Origin: an uncultured Francisella sp.
GTDB lineage: Bacteria > Pseudomonadota > Gammaproteobacteria > Thiomicrospirales > Thiomicrospiraceae
Length of the DNA stretch: 64,000 nt
Reading direction: 5' to 3'
Assembly: GCA_964519885.1 (NCBI GenBank)
Contig: CAZFLX010000004.1
Span: 8,106 to 72,105 of the forward strand
Shown here in pieces: positions 30,214-38,311 of the stretch; positions within the stretch are counted from its first letter, which is position 1, and each line of letters opens with the position of its first letter. The position numbers were made by a program, and so were the translations under genes. The notes beneath the pieces were generated by a model. It saw only the letters and a list, made by a program, of their open reading frames with translations, searched no databases and was not told the DNA's origin.

Positions 30214-30798
30214 ATGACAACTCGTATTTGGGAAGCGCAAGCGCGTACAGATGAAGGGAAAGGTGCGAGCCGCCGCCTACGTCACGCGGGTTTGGTTCCT
30301 GCCATTATTTACGGTGCTGATAAAGCGCCTGCAAGCGTTACCCTAAACCACAACTTTTTAGTTCATGCATTCGAAGACGATGCGGTATTCAACAGCCCAA
30401 TTACCGTTAAAGGTTTGGCTGATGAAGAAGTGGTAGTGATTAAAGCGGTGCAACGCCATCCTGCTAAGCCACAAATTCTACACGTTGACTTACAACGCCT
30501 AGATAATGCTCGTATGATTTACAAACGCATTCCGTTGAACTTCATGGGCGCTGATGTTGCTCCTGGCGTGAAAGCCGGCGGCGTGATGACCTTCTTCCAA
30601 GTAGACGTTGAAGTGCGTTGTTTACCAGCTAACTTACCATCAGTCATTGACGTTGATGTGTCTAAAATGGGCGAAAACACACGTATTCGTTTGTCAGACT
30701 TAGTGTTGCCAGAAGGCGTTCAAGCAACTGCCTTATTGCATGGTAACTCGGATTATGACCAGGCAGTGGTTGGTTTAGGTAAATCCAAAAAACGTTAA
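30214..30798 (+). CDS. rplY: 50S ribosomal protein L25 / general stress protein Ctc
   Basis: Start set at ATG 30214, 6 nt after TGGAG. GKGASRRLRHAGLVPAIIYG. 194 aa, the long Ctc form. Confidence 0.92.
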   Translation: MTTRIWEAQARTDEGKGASRRLRHAGLVPAIIYGADKAPASVTLNHNFLVHAFEDDAVFNSPITVKGLADEEVVVIKAVQRHPAKPQILHVDLQRLDNARMIYKRIPLNFMGADVAPGVKAGGVMTFFQVDVEVRCLPANLPSVIDVDVSKMGENTRIRLSDLVLPEGVQATALLHGNSDYDQAVVGLGKSKKR

Positions 30799-30971
30799 TA
30801 AAACCTACTGCGTAACGCAATAACTGCGTTAGTTCGGTGCTCGAATAAGTCACCTAGACAGCTAGGCTCCTTATTCTGTGCTCCGAGCCGCCTCGTTCTT
30901 GCGCTACTCATGACGGTTTTAAGTCTAGCATATTCTTAACAGTTGTAACTGTTTGAAAAAGGAAAGCCAGT

Positions 30972-31547
30972 ATGGTGCCGCGACTCATTGTTGGCCTGGG
31001 AAATCCAGGTAAAGAATATGAGGCTACGCGACACAATGCTGGCTTTTTCTTTGTTGATGCATTGGCGGAAATGTGGAAAGCACATTTTTCCATGCAGACC
31101 AAATTTTTCGGTCAGGTCGCTAAGGCTCAGGTTCATGGACAAGAGGTGTGGTTGCTTAAACCCACTACTTTTATGAATCGCAGCGGACAGTCGGTGGCGG
31201 CACTGGCTCAGTTTTATAAGCTTCCTCCCCAAGCGGTATTGGCGGTTCACGATGAGTTGGATATTCAGCCAGGTGAAGCGCGTTTGAAAGTGGGTGGAGG
31301 TGCTGGAGGACATAATGGCCTTAAGGATATGATTAAGGCATTAGGCACTCCAGAATTTATGCGTTTGCGTTTAGGGATTGGTCATCCTGGACAAGCATCC
31401 CAAGTGGCTAACTATGTGTTGCATCCTTTTGGCAAGTCAGAGCGTGAAGCGCTGGAAGATGCCATAACGCGGAGTTTGCATGTCATGGATCATGTCATGA
31501 CCGATAAATTGCCTTTAGCGATGAATCAATTACACACCAAGAAGTGA
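30972..31547 (+). CDS. pth: peptidyl-tRNA hydrolase
   Basis: LIVGLGNPGKEYEATRHNAGF and GGHNGLKD. Confidence 0.95.
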   Translation: MVPRLIVGLGNPGKEYEATRHNAGFFFVDALAEMWKAHFSMQTKFFGQVAKAQVHGQEVWLLKPTTFMNRSGQSVAALAQFYKLPPQAVLAVHDELDIQPGEARLKVGGGAGGHNGLKDMIKALGTPEFMRLRLGIGHPGQASQVANYVLHPFGKSEREALEDAITRSLHVMDHVMTDKLPLAMNQLHTKK

Positions 31548-31565
31548 GGCTGAAGGGTCGAATCT

Positions 31566-31591
31566 GGGAGGTCAAACAACCTCTTTTTTTC
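31566..31591 (+). terminator. weak terminator-like hairpin after pth
   Basis: 5-bp stem GAGGT/ACCTC followed by seven T residues. Confidence 0.35.
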
Positions 31592-31629
31592 ATCCCTAAT
31601 ACCTTACCCTTTACACAAGGAAGAACAAA

Positions 31630-32721
31630 ATGGGTTTCAAATGCGGTATTGTTGGTTTACCTAATGTAGGCAAATCAACCTTATTTAATGCGCTAACTAA
31701 GGCGGGTATCGCCGCTGAAAACTACCCTTTCTGTACCATTGAACCCAACGTCGGTATCGTGCCTGTGCCCGATCCACGTTTGCAAGTCTTAGAAACCATG
31801 GTTAAACCAGAGCGCGTGTTGCCGGCGACCATGGAGTTTGTCGATATTGCGGGTATTGTCGCGGGAGCTTCTAAAGGTGAAGGTCTGGGCAATAAATTCT
31901 TGGCGCATATTCGTGAAGCGCAAGCCATTGCGCAGGTGGTACGTTGCTTTGAATCGGATGATATTATTCACGTCGCGGGTAAAGTCGATCCTTTGTCAGA
32001 CTTAGAAGTGATTAATACCGAGTTGGTATTAGCAGACATGGAAAGTCTAGAAAAAGCTTTAGTGCGTGTGGAAAAGCCCGCCAAAGCGGGTGATAAACAG
32101 GCTTTGGCGAAAAAGCCTGTCATTCAACGCGCCTTAGCCGGTACTCATGAGGGTAAGCTGGTGCGTGAATTGGGTTTAACGGAAGATGAGCAGGCTTTGT
32201 TGCAAGATTTGCATTTGCTCACGATTAAACCGATGATGCTGATTGCCAACGTTGCTGAAGACGGGTTTGAAAATAATTCGTTATTGGATGCGGTACGCGC
32301 GCGCGCTATTGAATTAGGGGCGAATGTGGTTCCCGTTTGTGCGGCGATTGAAGCAGAAATTTCACAGCTAGATGATGATGAAAAATCGATGTTTTTGTCA
32401 GAAATGGGGTTAGAAGAGCCAGGCTTGAATCGCATTATTCGTGCGGGTTATGAGTTGCTCGGTTTCCAGACTTACTTTACTGCTGGGGTGAAAGAAGTAC
32501 GAGCTTGGACCATTCCTGTTGGTGCGACAGCACCACAAGCTGCAGGAGTGATTCATACCGACTTTGAACGGGGCTTTATTCGTGCCGAAGTCATGTCTTA
32601 TGATGATTTTGTTACTTATAAAGGTGAGGCCGGTTGTAAAGAAGCGGGTAAACTGCGTTTAGAGGGTAAAGAGTATTTGGTTAAAGACGGCGATATTATG
32701 CATTTCCGTTTCAATGTTTAG
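31630..32721 (+). CDS. ychF: redox-regulated ribosome-binding ATPase YchF
   Basis: 363 aa. [19 protein letters not shown]-loop and C-terminal [11 protein letters not shown]. Confidence 0.96.
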   Translation: MGFKCGIVGLPNVGKSTLFNALTKAGIAAENYPFCTIEPNVGIVPVPDPRLQVLETMVKPERVLPATMEFVDIAGIVAGASKGEGLGNKFLAHIREAQAIAQVVRCFESDDIIHVAGKVDPLSDLEVINTELVLADMESLEKALVRVEKPAKAGDKQALAKKPVIQRALAGTHEGKLVRELGLTEDEQALLQDLHLLTIKPMMLIANVAEDGFENNSLLDAVRARAIELGANVVPVCAAIEAEISQLDDDEKSMFLSEMGLEEPGLNRIIRAGYELLGFQTYFTAGVKEVRAWTIPVGATAPQAAGVIHTDFERGFIRAEVMSYDDFVTYKGEAGCKEAGKLRLEGKEYLVKDGDIMHFRFNV

Positions 32722-32743
32722 GTATTAACAAAGTGCTGATACG

Positions 32744-32769
32744 AAAAAGGAAGCTAAGCTTCCTTTTTT
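32744..32769. terminator. bidirectional terminator between ychF and queE
   Basis: GGAAGC/GCTTCC stem flanked by an A-run and a T-run. Confidence 0.7.
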
Positions 32770-32784
32770 ATTGTCGTTAATCTG

Positions 32785-33420
32785 TTAATCAATGTCTAAG
32801 ATTTTGTGCGTCTGCAGGCTGAGTTTCCATTGTGGATGCGCCTTGCAGTAATCAATGCAGTCTTGGGTGTAGTTTTTAGCCAATCCATCAATCGGTTGTA
32901 GATAGAAATGGGTGAAATCCAGCACAGCAAAATTGGCTGGATCGACAGGATGCATGGGTTGAGGCCATACCAGTTTCAGTTCGTCTCCCTGTGTGACCAA
33001 TAACTGACTGTCGGCTTTAGGGCTGACACATAACCAGTCGGGCTGTGCTTGAAGTGCAACAGTGCCATTGGTCTCCATAGCGATTTCTACGTCTAGCGCA
33101 TGTAGCGCGTCTGCTAGTGCTTGATCGAATTGCAGGGCAGGCTCACCACCAGTCAGTACGCAGAAAGGCGCAATAGCGCTATCAGAGGGCCATAAAGAAA
33201 CAATGGCTTGTGATAAGGTTTCTGCAGAGTATTTTCCACCCAAGTGACCATCAGTGCCAACGAAGTCGGTATCACAAAACTGACAGCTGGCGCTGGCTCT
33301 ACCCGATTCCAGTCCATTCCATAAATTACAGCCGGTGAATCGACAAAAAACAGCAGGTCGTCCTGCATGTTGACCTTCACCTTGAAGGGTGTAAAAAATT
33401 TCTTTGACAGTATAGGCCAT
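32785..33420 (-). CDS. queE: 7-carboxy-7-deazaguanine synthase (radical SAM), CX14CX2C type
   Basis: MAYTVKEIFYTLQGEGQHAGRPAVFCRFTGCNLW...SCQFCDTDF. The cysteine spacing counted by hand is C-14-C-2-C. Confidence 0.88.
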   Translation of the reverse strand: MAYTVKEIFYTLQGEGQHAGRPAVFCRFTGCNLWNGLESGRASASCQFCDTDFVGTDGHLGGKYSAETLSQAIVSLWPSDSAIAPFCVLTGGEPALQFDQALADALHALDVEIAMETNGTVALQAQPDWLCVSPKADSQLLVTQGDELKLVWPQPMHPVDPANFAVLDFTHFYLQPIDGLAKNYTQDCIDYCKAHPQWKLSLQTHKILDID

Positions 33421-33486
33421 GTTGGTGTCACACGCTCAAGGGTAAAAATAGTTTTTACATTTTACTGTGTTTAAGGCAAGGCACCA

Positions 33487-33514
33487 AATAAAAAACCGAT
33501 CCATTGGATCGGTT
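33487..33514 (-). terminator. rho-independent terminator after soxA
   Basis: 9-bp stem AACCGATCC/GGATCGGTT with a 3-nt loop, followed by a T-run on the minus strand. Confidence 0.75.
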
Positions 33515-33541
33515 CAATAATTATTCGAATAATCGAAATAT

Positions 33542-34426
33542 TTATTTACGGTAGGCCGGACCATTTAAGGTGAGACCATTACTCATGTAGCTTTCATAAA
33601 GTTCAAGTGCTTTAAATTCTTTGCCATTGGCTGGGAATGGGAAACCACGAACTGACTCAATACAACCTACATAACGTTGCTGTAGGGTAACAATATTACC
33701 CGCACTAGCACGGTACACAGGGAAGTGTGTTGCGTGACCGATTACAGGTGATAAGATTTCTGAACGAATTTTGCGACCAGCACTACTAACGTGACAACCA
33801 GCACAAGACTGATTTAATTGACCACGACGTGTATGGAATACCATTTCACCAAGTTTGTAAGCTTCTAAAGCACCGGGTGATTCAATTTTCACATTAATTT
33901 TTTGACCGCGAGATTCATCAGATAAATAAGTCAGCAAATTACTTAACTCTTTATCTTTACCAGCGTAAGCATAAGGTTTCTCACCATTAGCGGTACGACA
34001 TTCGTTAATCGCTTGATCTAAATTAATAACTTCGCCACGTGCATCATCGAAGTATGGGTAGCTGGCTTTAACCTTTTTAATGTCGCCATTAAGTCCTGCA
34101 CAGGTGTTGTAGGTTTTACCGTTGGCAAAAGGCTTGTTCCAAAGTTTTTTGCCTTCATCAATGTTTTCAACGTAAGGTGGGAACTCTTCAACACTTTTGA
34201 ATTGTTGGTAGGCATCATCACTGAAAATGAGTGCGCCATTACCGAAATCGTCTAAGGTGATGGGTTTGCCATCGATTTTGTTGCTGCCGTGTAAATCCAT
34301 CATATACTTAACCATCGCTAGACGATCAGCTTCTGGATTAACGGTTTTAGCATCATTTGCGATTGCAGACGCGCTGCTAGCTGCAAGTGATAAGAATAGG
34401 GTGGTTGTGAGCAGTTTATTATTCAT
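33542..34426 (-). CDS. soxA: SoxA, c-type cytochrome subunit of SoxAX (single CxxCH)
   Basis: Signal peptide, a single heme motif CAGCH, and the conserved ...QQRYVGCIESVRG region. Last gene of the soxXYZA order. Confidence 0.88.
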   Translation of the reverse strand: MNNKLLTTTLFLSLAASSASAIANDAKTVNPEADRLAMVKYMMDLHGSNKIDGKPITLDDFGNGALIFSDDAYQQFKSVEEFPPYVENIDEGKKLWNKPFANGKTYNTCAGLNGDIKKVKASYPYFDDARGEVINLDQAINECRTANGEKPYAYAGKDKELSNLLTYLSDESRGQKINVKIESPGALEAYKLGEMVFHTRRGQLNQSCAGCHVSSAGRKIRSEILSPVIGHATHFPVYRASAGNIVTLQQRYVGCIESVRGFPFPANGKEFKALELYESYMSNGLTLNGPAYRK

Positions 34427-34511
34427 TTTGAGATTTCCCCTATGGTGGGTCTAGCTTCTGATAGAAGGGGTGAACGGGCAAGTTGTAACTCACCCGTTCG
34501 TGCTTAAAAAA

Positions 34512-34826
34512 TTAAGCTAGGTCTACGGTTTGAGTACCAGTATCACCTTTGTTAGAAGTACAAGCTACTTCTACTTTGTCACCAGCTTTGCCAGTGACAC
34601 GGAAAGCCAAGAATGGGTTTTGAGAAACCGCACCTGACCATTCAGCAACCATTGCTGGCGCGCCGTTTACTTTAGCAGTGATTTCGTTGATGAAATCAGC
34701 TGGGTAAACTTCGCCAGTTGCTTTGTTTTTACGCGTACCTGGTTCCATTGGGTGCTTGAACAGCGCTTTAATTTCGTAAGCGTCGCCTTTGTTTTCTGCT
34801 TTTAAGCGGAAAGAAATGTCAGCCAT
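34512..34826 (-). CDS. soxZ: SoxZ thiosulfate-oxidation carrier complex subunit
   Basis: 104 aa. ...KALFKHPMEPGTRK... lies immediately downstream of soxY. Confidence 0.9.
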   Translation of the reverse strand: MADISFRLKAENKGDAYEIKALFKHPMEPGTRKNKATGEVYPADFINEITAKVNGAPAMVAEWSGAVSQNPFLAFRVTGKAGDKVEVACTSNKGDTGTQTVDLA

Positions 34827-34885
34827 GATGTAATTCCTTAAATTTGTTTGTACGAATATCAGTTAAGTCAGCGAGGGGTGGGGTA

Positions 34886-35353
34886 TTAACCGCCACAACC
34901 ACCGATAGTTACTTTAACTTCTGACTTAGCTTTGTACAGCTTGCCACCAGCTTTAACAACAGCAACTACGTCTTGAGTTTCACCCATTTTAACGCGCACT
35001 GAAGTGTAGCCTACGCCAGCACCAGAGAATTTAGCAGTGCATGCTAAAGGAACTGGGTTTTTAGAAACGAATACAGCAATTGACTCAACGCCTTTCATGC
35101 CAGAAGCGTCAACTTCAACTGGAACCACAGCACCGTTTTCTGCGATAGAAGGGGCTTTCAATTTAACATCTGCAGAGTCAGCAGCGCCAGTAGCGCCGAA
35201 TACAGCGGTCATGCCTTCGTCAACTGTTTTAGTTTTGAATGCGGCTTCGTTCCAAGCAGCTAAAACAGTGTTAGGCGCTAGAATACCAGCGTTAACAGCA
35301 ACTGCAGTTGCGCCAGTAGCTAGACCAGCTTTTAGGAAAGTTCTGCGTTTCAT
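34886..35353 (-). CDS. soxY: SoxY sulfur carrier protein
   Basis: Tat signal MKRRTFLKAG and the diagnostic C-terminus ...VTIGGCGG. Confidence 0.93.
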   Translation of the reverse strand: MKRRTFLKAGLATGATAVAVNAGILAPNTVLAAWNEAAFKTKTVDEGMTAVFGATGAADSADVKLKAPSIAENGAVVPVEVDASGMKGVESIAVFVSKNPVPLACTAKFSGAGVGYTSVRVKMGETQDVVAVVKAGGKLYKAKSEVKVTIGGCGG

Positions 35354-35390
35354 GCTTAGGTTTCTCCTTAGCGAGAGTGGTTATAAATAA

Positions 35391-35771
35391 TTAAAGGGTG
35401 TACATGTAATCAACAATTTTGTTGATTTCATCATCGGTAAGCACTTTGTTTTTACCGAAAGGCAACATTTGAGATTCTGGCATTAATTCAACACCTGGCT
35501 TGCCCCAAATTTTGTCAAACAATTTTTGACGGTCTGGATAACGAGCTTGCATGGCCATCAAGGGAGGACCAATTTCGCCAGGTTCCGCGCCACCAGCAAT
35601 CATGTGACAAGCAATACAATTGCCTTTAGAGTTGGTGAAAGCTAATTTCTTGCCTTCTTCAACGGTTGACAGCTTCTTCTCTTCTGCTGCAGTTGCCATG
35701 GTTGCGGTTGCCATAATGGTTGATACCAAAAGGGCTTTAGCAACCTTGCCTACCCACTGAGATTTCACCAT
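35391..35771 (-). CDS. soxX: SoxX monoheme cytochrome c
   Basis: Signal peptide and a single CIACH. First gene of the soxXYZA block. Confidence 0.8.
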   Translation of the reverse strand: MVKSQWVGKVAKALLVSTIMATATMATAAEEKKLSTVEEGKKLAFTNSKGNCIACHMIAGGAEPGEIGPPLMAMQARYPDRQKLFDKIWGKPGVELMPESQMLPFGKNKVLTDDEINKIVDYMYTL

Positions 35772-35950
35772 GTTTTCCTCCTATTCAGGTTTGTGCGGGC
35801 CAGATACCAAAAGTAGGTTTATTGTGAGCGTTAGCATCTGGTGCTTAGCAATAGATTACCAACAGTGAAAAAAAACGCAAGTTTTTTCACGTGTTTAATG
35901 ATTGGGATGTTTAATGAGTCCATAAAAAAAAATAATATTTGACATAGGTT

Positions 35951-37414
35951 CTACAGGTTTTCACGTGCTTTTTGCTGGGTTTCCAGCCATGTTTTAAGTT
36001 GAGCGATTTTGGGTTTTAAGGTGTTTAGCTCTTTGTTTAATAGCGCTTTTTCTGCTCTATCAACTTGAATAAGAGCCAGTTTGAGTGCGCCAATGCTGGC
36101 ATAAGCCTGAGCCATAGCAAAGGCTTCTTGGGCTGTGTCCGATCTTTGGTTCCAAGCTTGTGCCAGTCGTTTCCAGATCTCCCAGCCTTCAGTCGTTTTT
36201 TCCGCAACAGGTGTTAGCAGTTCGATGGCTGCCGGTGCTTGTTGATGTAAGAGTAGCTGATCGGCATAATGTAAAAGAACCGCGGTATTGTTAGGGTGAA
36301 GTTCTAGCAGGTTTTGCCAGGCTTTGGTACTGAGATTTTTAGCGAGTTGTAGCTGAACGATGTCTGACCATAAATGCTTGGGTAGGGGTTCACACAAAGG
36401 TATTTGCGCTGAGGTTTCGTTTTTCAATGCTAAGCTCAAATGCTGTTGGTAACAGCTTAGTTCTGCACTGAGTTTGTCTTTGTCATCACGGTTGGTTTGC
36501 ATCGCCTGAATACGTAGTTTGGCTAGTGCTAGTGTGGTGTCCTGTTTTCTGGCTTGATAGCTCAGCGTGCGCGCACGCGCACGACTGTCATTCAATCGTT
36601 TGGTGCTGACTGGGTGGGTTAGCAACATTTCGGGAACCTTGCTATCGTTACGGTATCGGTTGGCAAGGGTATCAAAGAAGTCGGCCATGGCGTTGGGGTT
36701 ATAGCCAGCAGCAGCTAACACATCAATACCGGTGCGATCGGCTTCCCACTCATGGTCGCGTGAGAAGGCGAGTTGTTGCTGAGCGCTGAGCGCCATGCCG
36801 CCCATCATAATGCCCATGCCAGCTTGAGGGTTTTGGCTACCAACGATAATCGCACCGAGTATGCTTCCTAAAGTAGTGAGCATACCTTTTTTGCCTTGAT
36901 CAAACATGCGAGAAATGTGTTCTTGCTGCACGTGTTGAATTTCGTGCGCAATGACCGCTGCTATTTCATCTTCATTTTTGGCGGAAAGTATGAGGCCGGT
37001 ATGCACAGCAATAATGCCGCCCGGTCCGGCAAAAGCGTTAATGTTGTTGTCGTTAATGACAAAAAATTGGTAATTTCGATTGGTACGTACGTGTCTTAAT
37101 AATCGTTGACCAATGGTACGTACATAGTCGTTCAGTTCGGGGTCGGTAACTAAGTCGGCTTGGCTATAAATGACTTCTAGAAAAGCGAGAGAGAGTATGT
37201 CTTCTGCTTGGGTGCTAAAGGTGGCACGGTTAGGGCTGCCTAAGTCGGGTAGGTTGAGTTTCGTTTCTTCTGCCAGTGCAATGAATGGAATGAGGACGAG
37301 CCAGCAGAAGCCGAGTACTCGTCCTAACCAAGAGCGCAAGTTATGCGCCCCAGTTTTCCATGATACGTACCACACGTTTAACGCCGTCGACATCGCGTGT
37401 AACCGCAACCGCAA
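35951..37414 (-). CDS. M48 family metallopeptidase with C-terminal TPR-like region (BepA/YfgC-like)
   Basis: HEIQHVQQEH zinc motif and a helical-repeat C-terminus. The start is uncertain: the tracked ATG overlaps dolP by 74 nt, while a TTG at 37339 just after the dolP stop would give the signal peptide ...RSWLGRVLGFCWLVLIPFIALA. Confidence 0.8.
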   Translation of the reverse strand: MRLRLHAMSTALNVWYVSWKTGAHNLRSWLGRVLGFCWLVLIPFIALAEETKLNLPDLGSPNRATFSTQAEDILSLAFLEVIYSQADLVTDPELNDYVRTIGQRLLRHVRTNRNYQFFVINDNNINAFAGPGGIIAVHTGLILSAKNEDEIAAVIAHEIQHVQQEHISRMFDQGKKGMLTTLGSILGAIIVGSQNPQAGMGIMMGGMALSAQQQLAFSRDHEWEADRTGIDVLAAAGYNPNAMADFFDTLANRYRNDSKVPEMLLTHPVSTKRLNDSRARARTLSYQARKQDTTLALAKLRIQAMQTNRDDKDKLSAELSCYQQHLSLALKNETSAQIPLCEPLPKHLWSDIVQLQLAKNLSTKAWQNLLELHPNNTAVLLHYADQLLLHQQAPAAIELLTPVAEKTTEGWEIWKRLAQAWNQRSDTAQEAFAMAQAYASIGALKLALIQVDRAEKALLNKELNTLKPKIAQLKTWLETQQKARENL

Positions 37415-37928
37415 TGCGTTGTTCTTCTGTGGTCATTAATCCCATTAGATAAACGCTGCCATTTTCAACTACGATGGTGAGGTGCTTAGATTTGAAATCG
37501 CGTGTGGTAGCCAATTTGGTGCGTACTTTGCTGGACAAATAACTGTCTTCAGTGATTTGACTGATGGTCAGTTCACTACCGACGGTTAATTCATTAATAA
37601 CGTTTTTAATGCCTGGAGCCGATTGTGCCACTTGATGAACTAGGGCGCGGGTGTTATCCACCGGTACTTGCCCCACTAACAGCACCACACCGTTATACAC
37701 CGTAAAACGCACACGATTCGGGCTAGCATCGAGTTTTTGCTCTCTTAACAATTCGTTGATGCGTTGGGCGGCAGCGTCGTCTTGGGTGATTTGTGCTTGT
37801 GAACGACGATCTTCGCTAACGGCCATGGCACCCGCACCCACACTAGCACCAATAACTACCGGCGCGGCAACACAGCCAGAAAGTAAGGTAAGTGCGGTAA
37901 GGCTAATTAAAAGTGGTTTTAGTAACAT
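37341..37928 (-). CDS. dolP: dual-BON-domain outer-membrane lipoprotein (DolP/YraP-like)
   Basis: Lipobox LLSGC and two BON-like repeats. Its position after lpoA-yraN matches the enterobacterial yraL/yraMNOP synteny. Confidence 0.75.
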   Translation of the reverse strand: MLLKPLLISLTALTLLSGCVAAPVVIGASVGAGAMAVSEDRRSQAQITQDDAAAQRINELLREQKLDASPNRVRFTVYNGVVLLVGQVPVDNTRALVHQVAQSAPGIKNVINELTVGSELTISQITEDSYLSSKVRTKLATTRDFKSKHLTIVVENGSVYLMGLMTTEEQRIAVAVTRDVDGVKRVVRIMENWGA

Positions 37929-37939
37929 GAATCAATCTC

Positions 37940-38311
37940 CTAAAAAACAGATGTGGCATCAAAGGCCGAGCGAATCCAGTGCGGCGATTGATGGTCAATG
38001 TCGAATAATACTACATCAAAGCGTAAGTTGCAGTGTTGATACTGTGGATGGGTAAGTAAAAAATAACGACTTGAGTGAATAATACGCTGTTGTTTTTTGA
38101 ATGTGATGCTTTCTGCGGCAGTGGCAAATTGGGTTTTAGAGCGGCTGCGGACTTCGACAAACACCAAGGTTTGGTCGGCTGTTAAACAGATCAAATCGAT
38201 TTCACCTCGCTTACAACGGAAGTTACGGCTGACGCAGTTAAGTCCTTGTTGGCTGAGATAGTCTGCGGCAAGAGATTCGGTGTTCTTGCCTAGGGTTACT
38301 GTGTTGGTCAT
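37940..38311 (-). CDS. yraN: YraN family (UPF0102) endonuclease-like protein
   Basis: 123 aa. ...GEIDLI...LVFVEVRSR... motif. 4-nt overlap with lpoA. Confidence 0.85.
   Translation of the reverse strand: MTNTVTLGKNTESLAADYLSQQGLNCVSRNFRCKRGEIDLICLTADQTLVFVEVRSRSKTQFATAAESITFKKQQRIIHSSRYFLLTHPQYQHCNLRFDVVLFDIDHQSPHWIRSAFDATSVF

Noticed and set aside
33421-33486. Possible preQ1 riboswitch in the queE leader.
   Set aside because: I could not fold the short hairpin and A-rich tail characteristic of preQ1-I/II from this sequence by eye. An Infernal scan would be needed.
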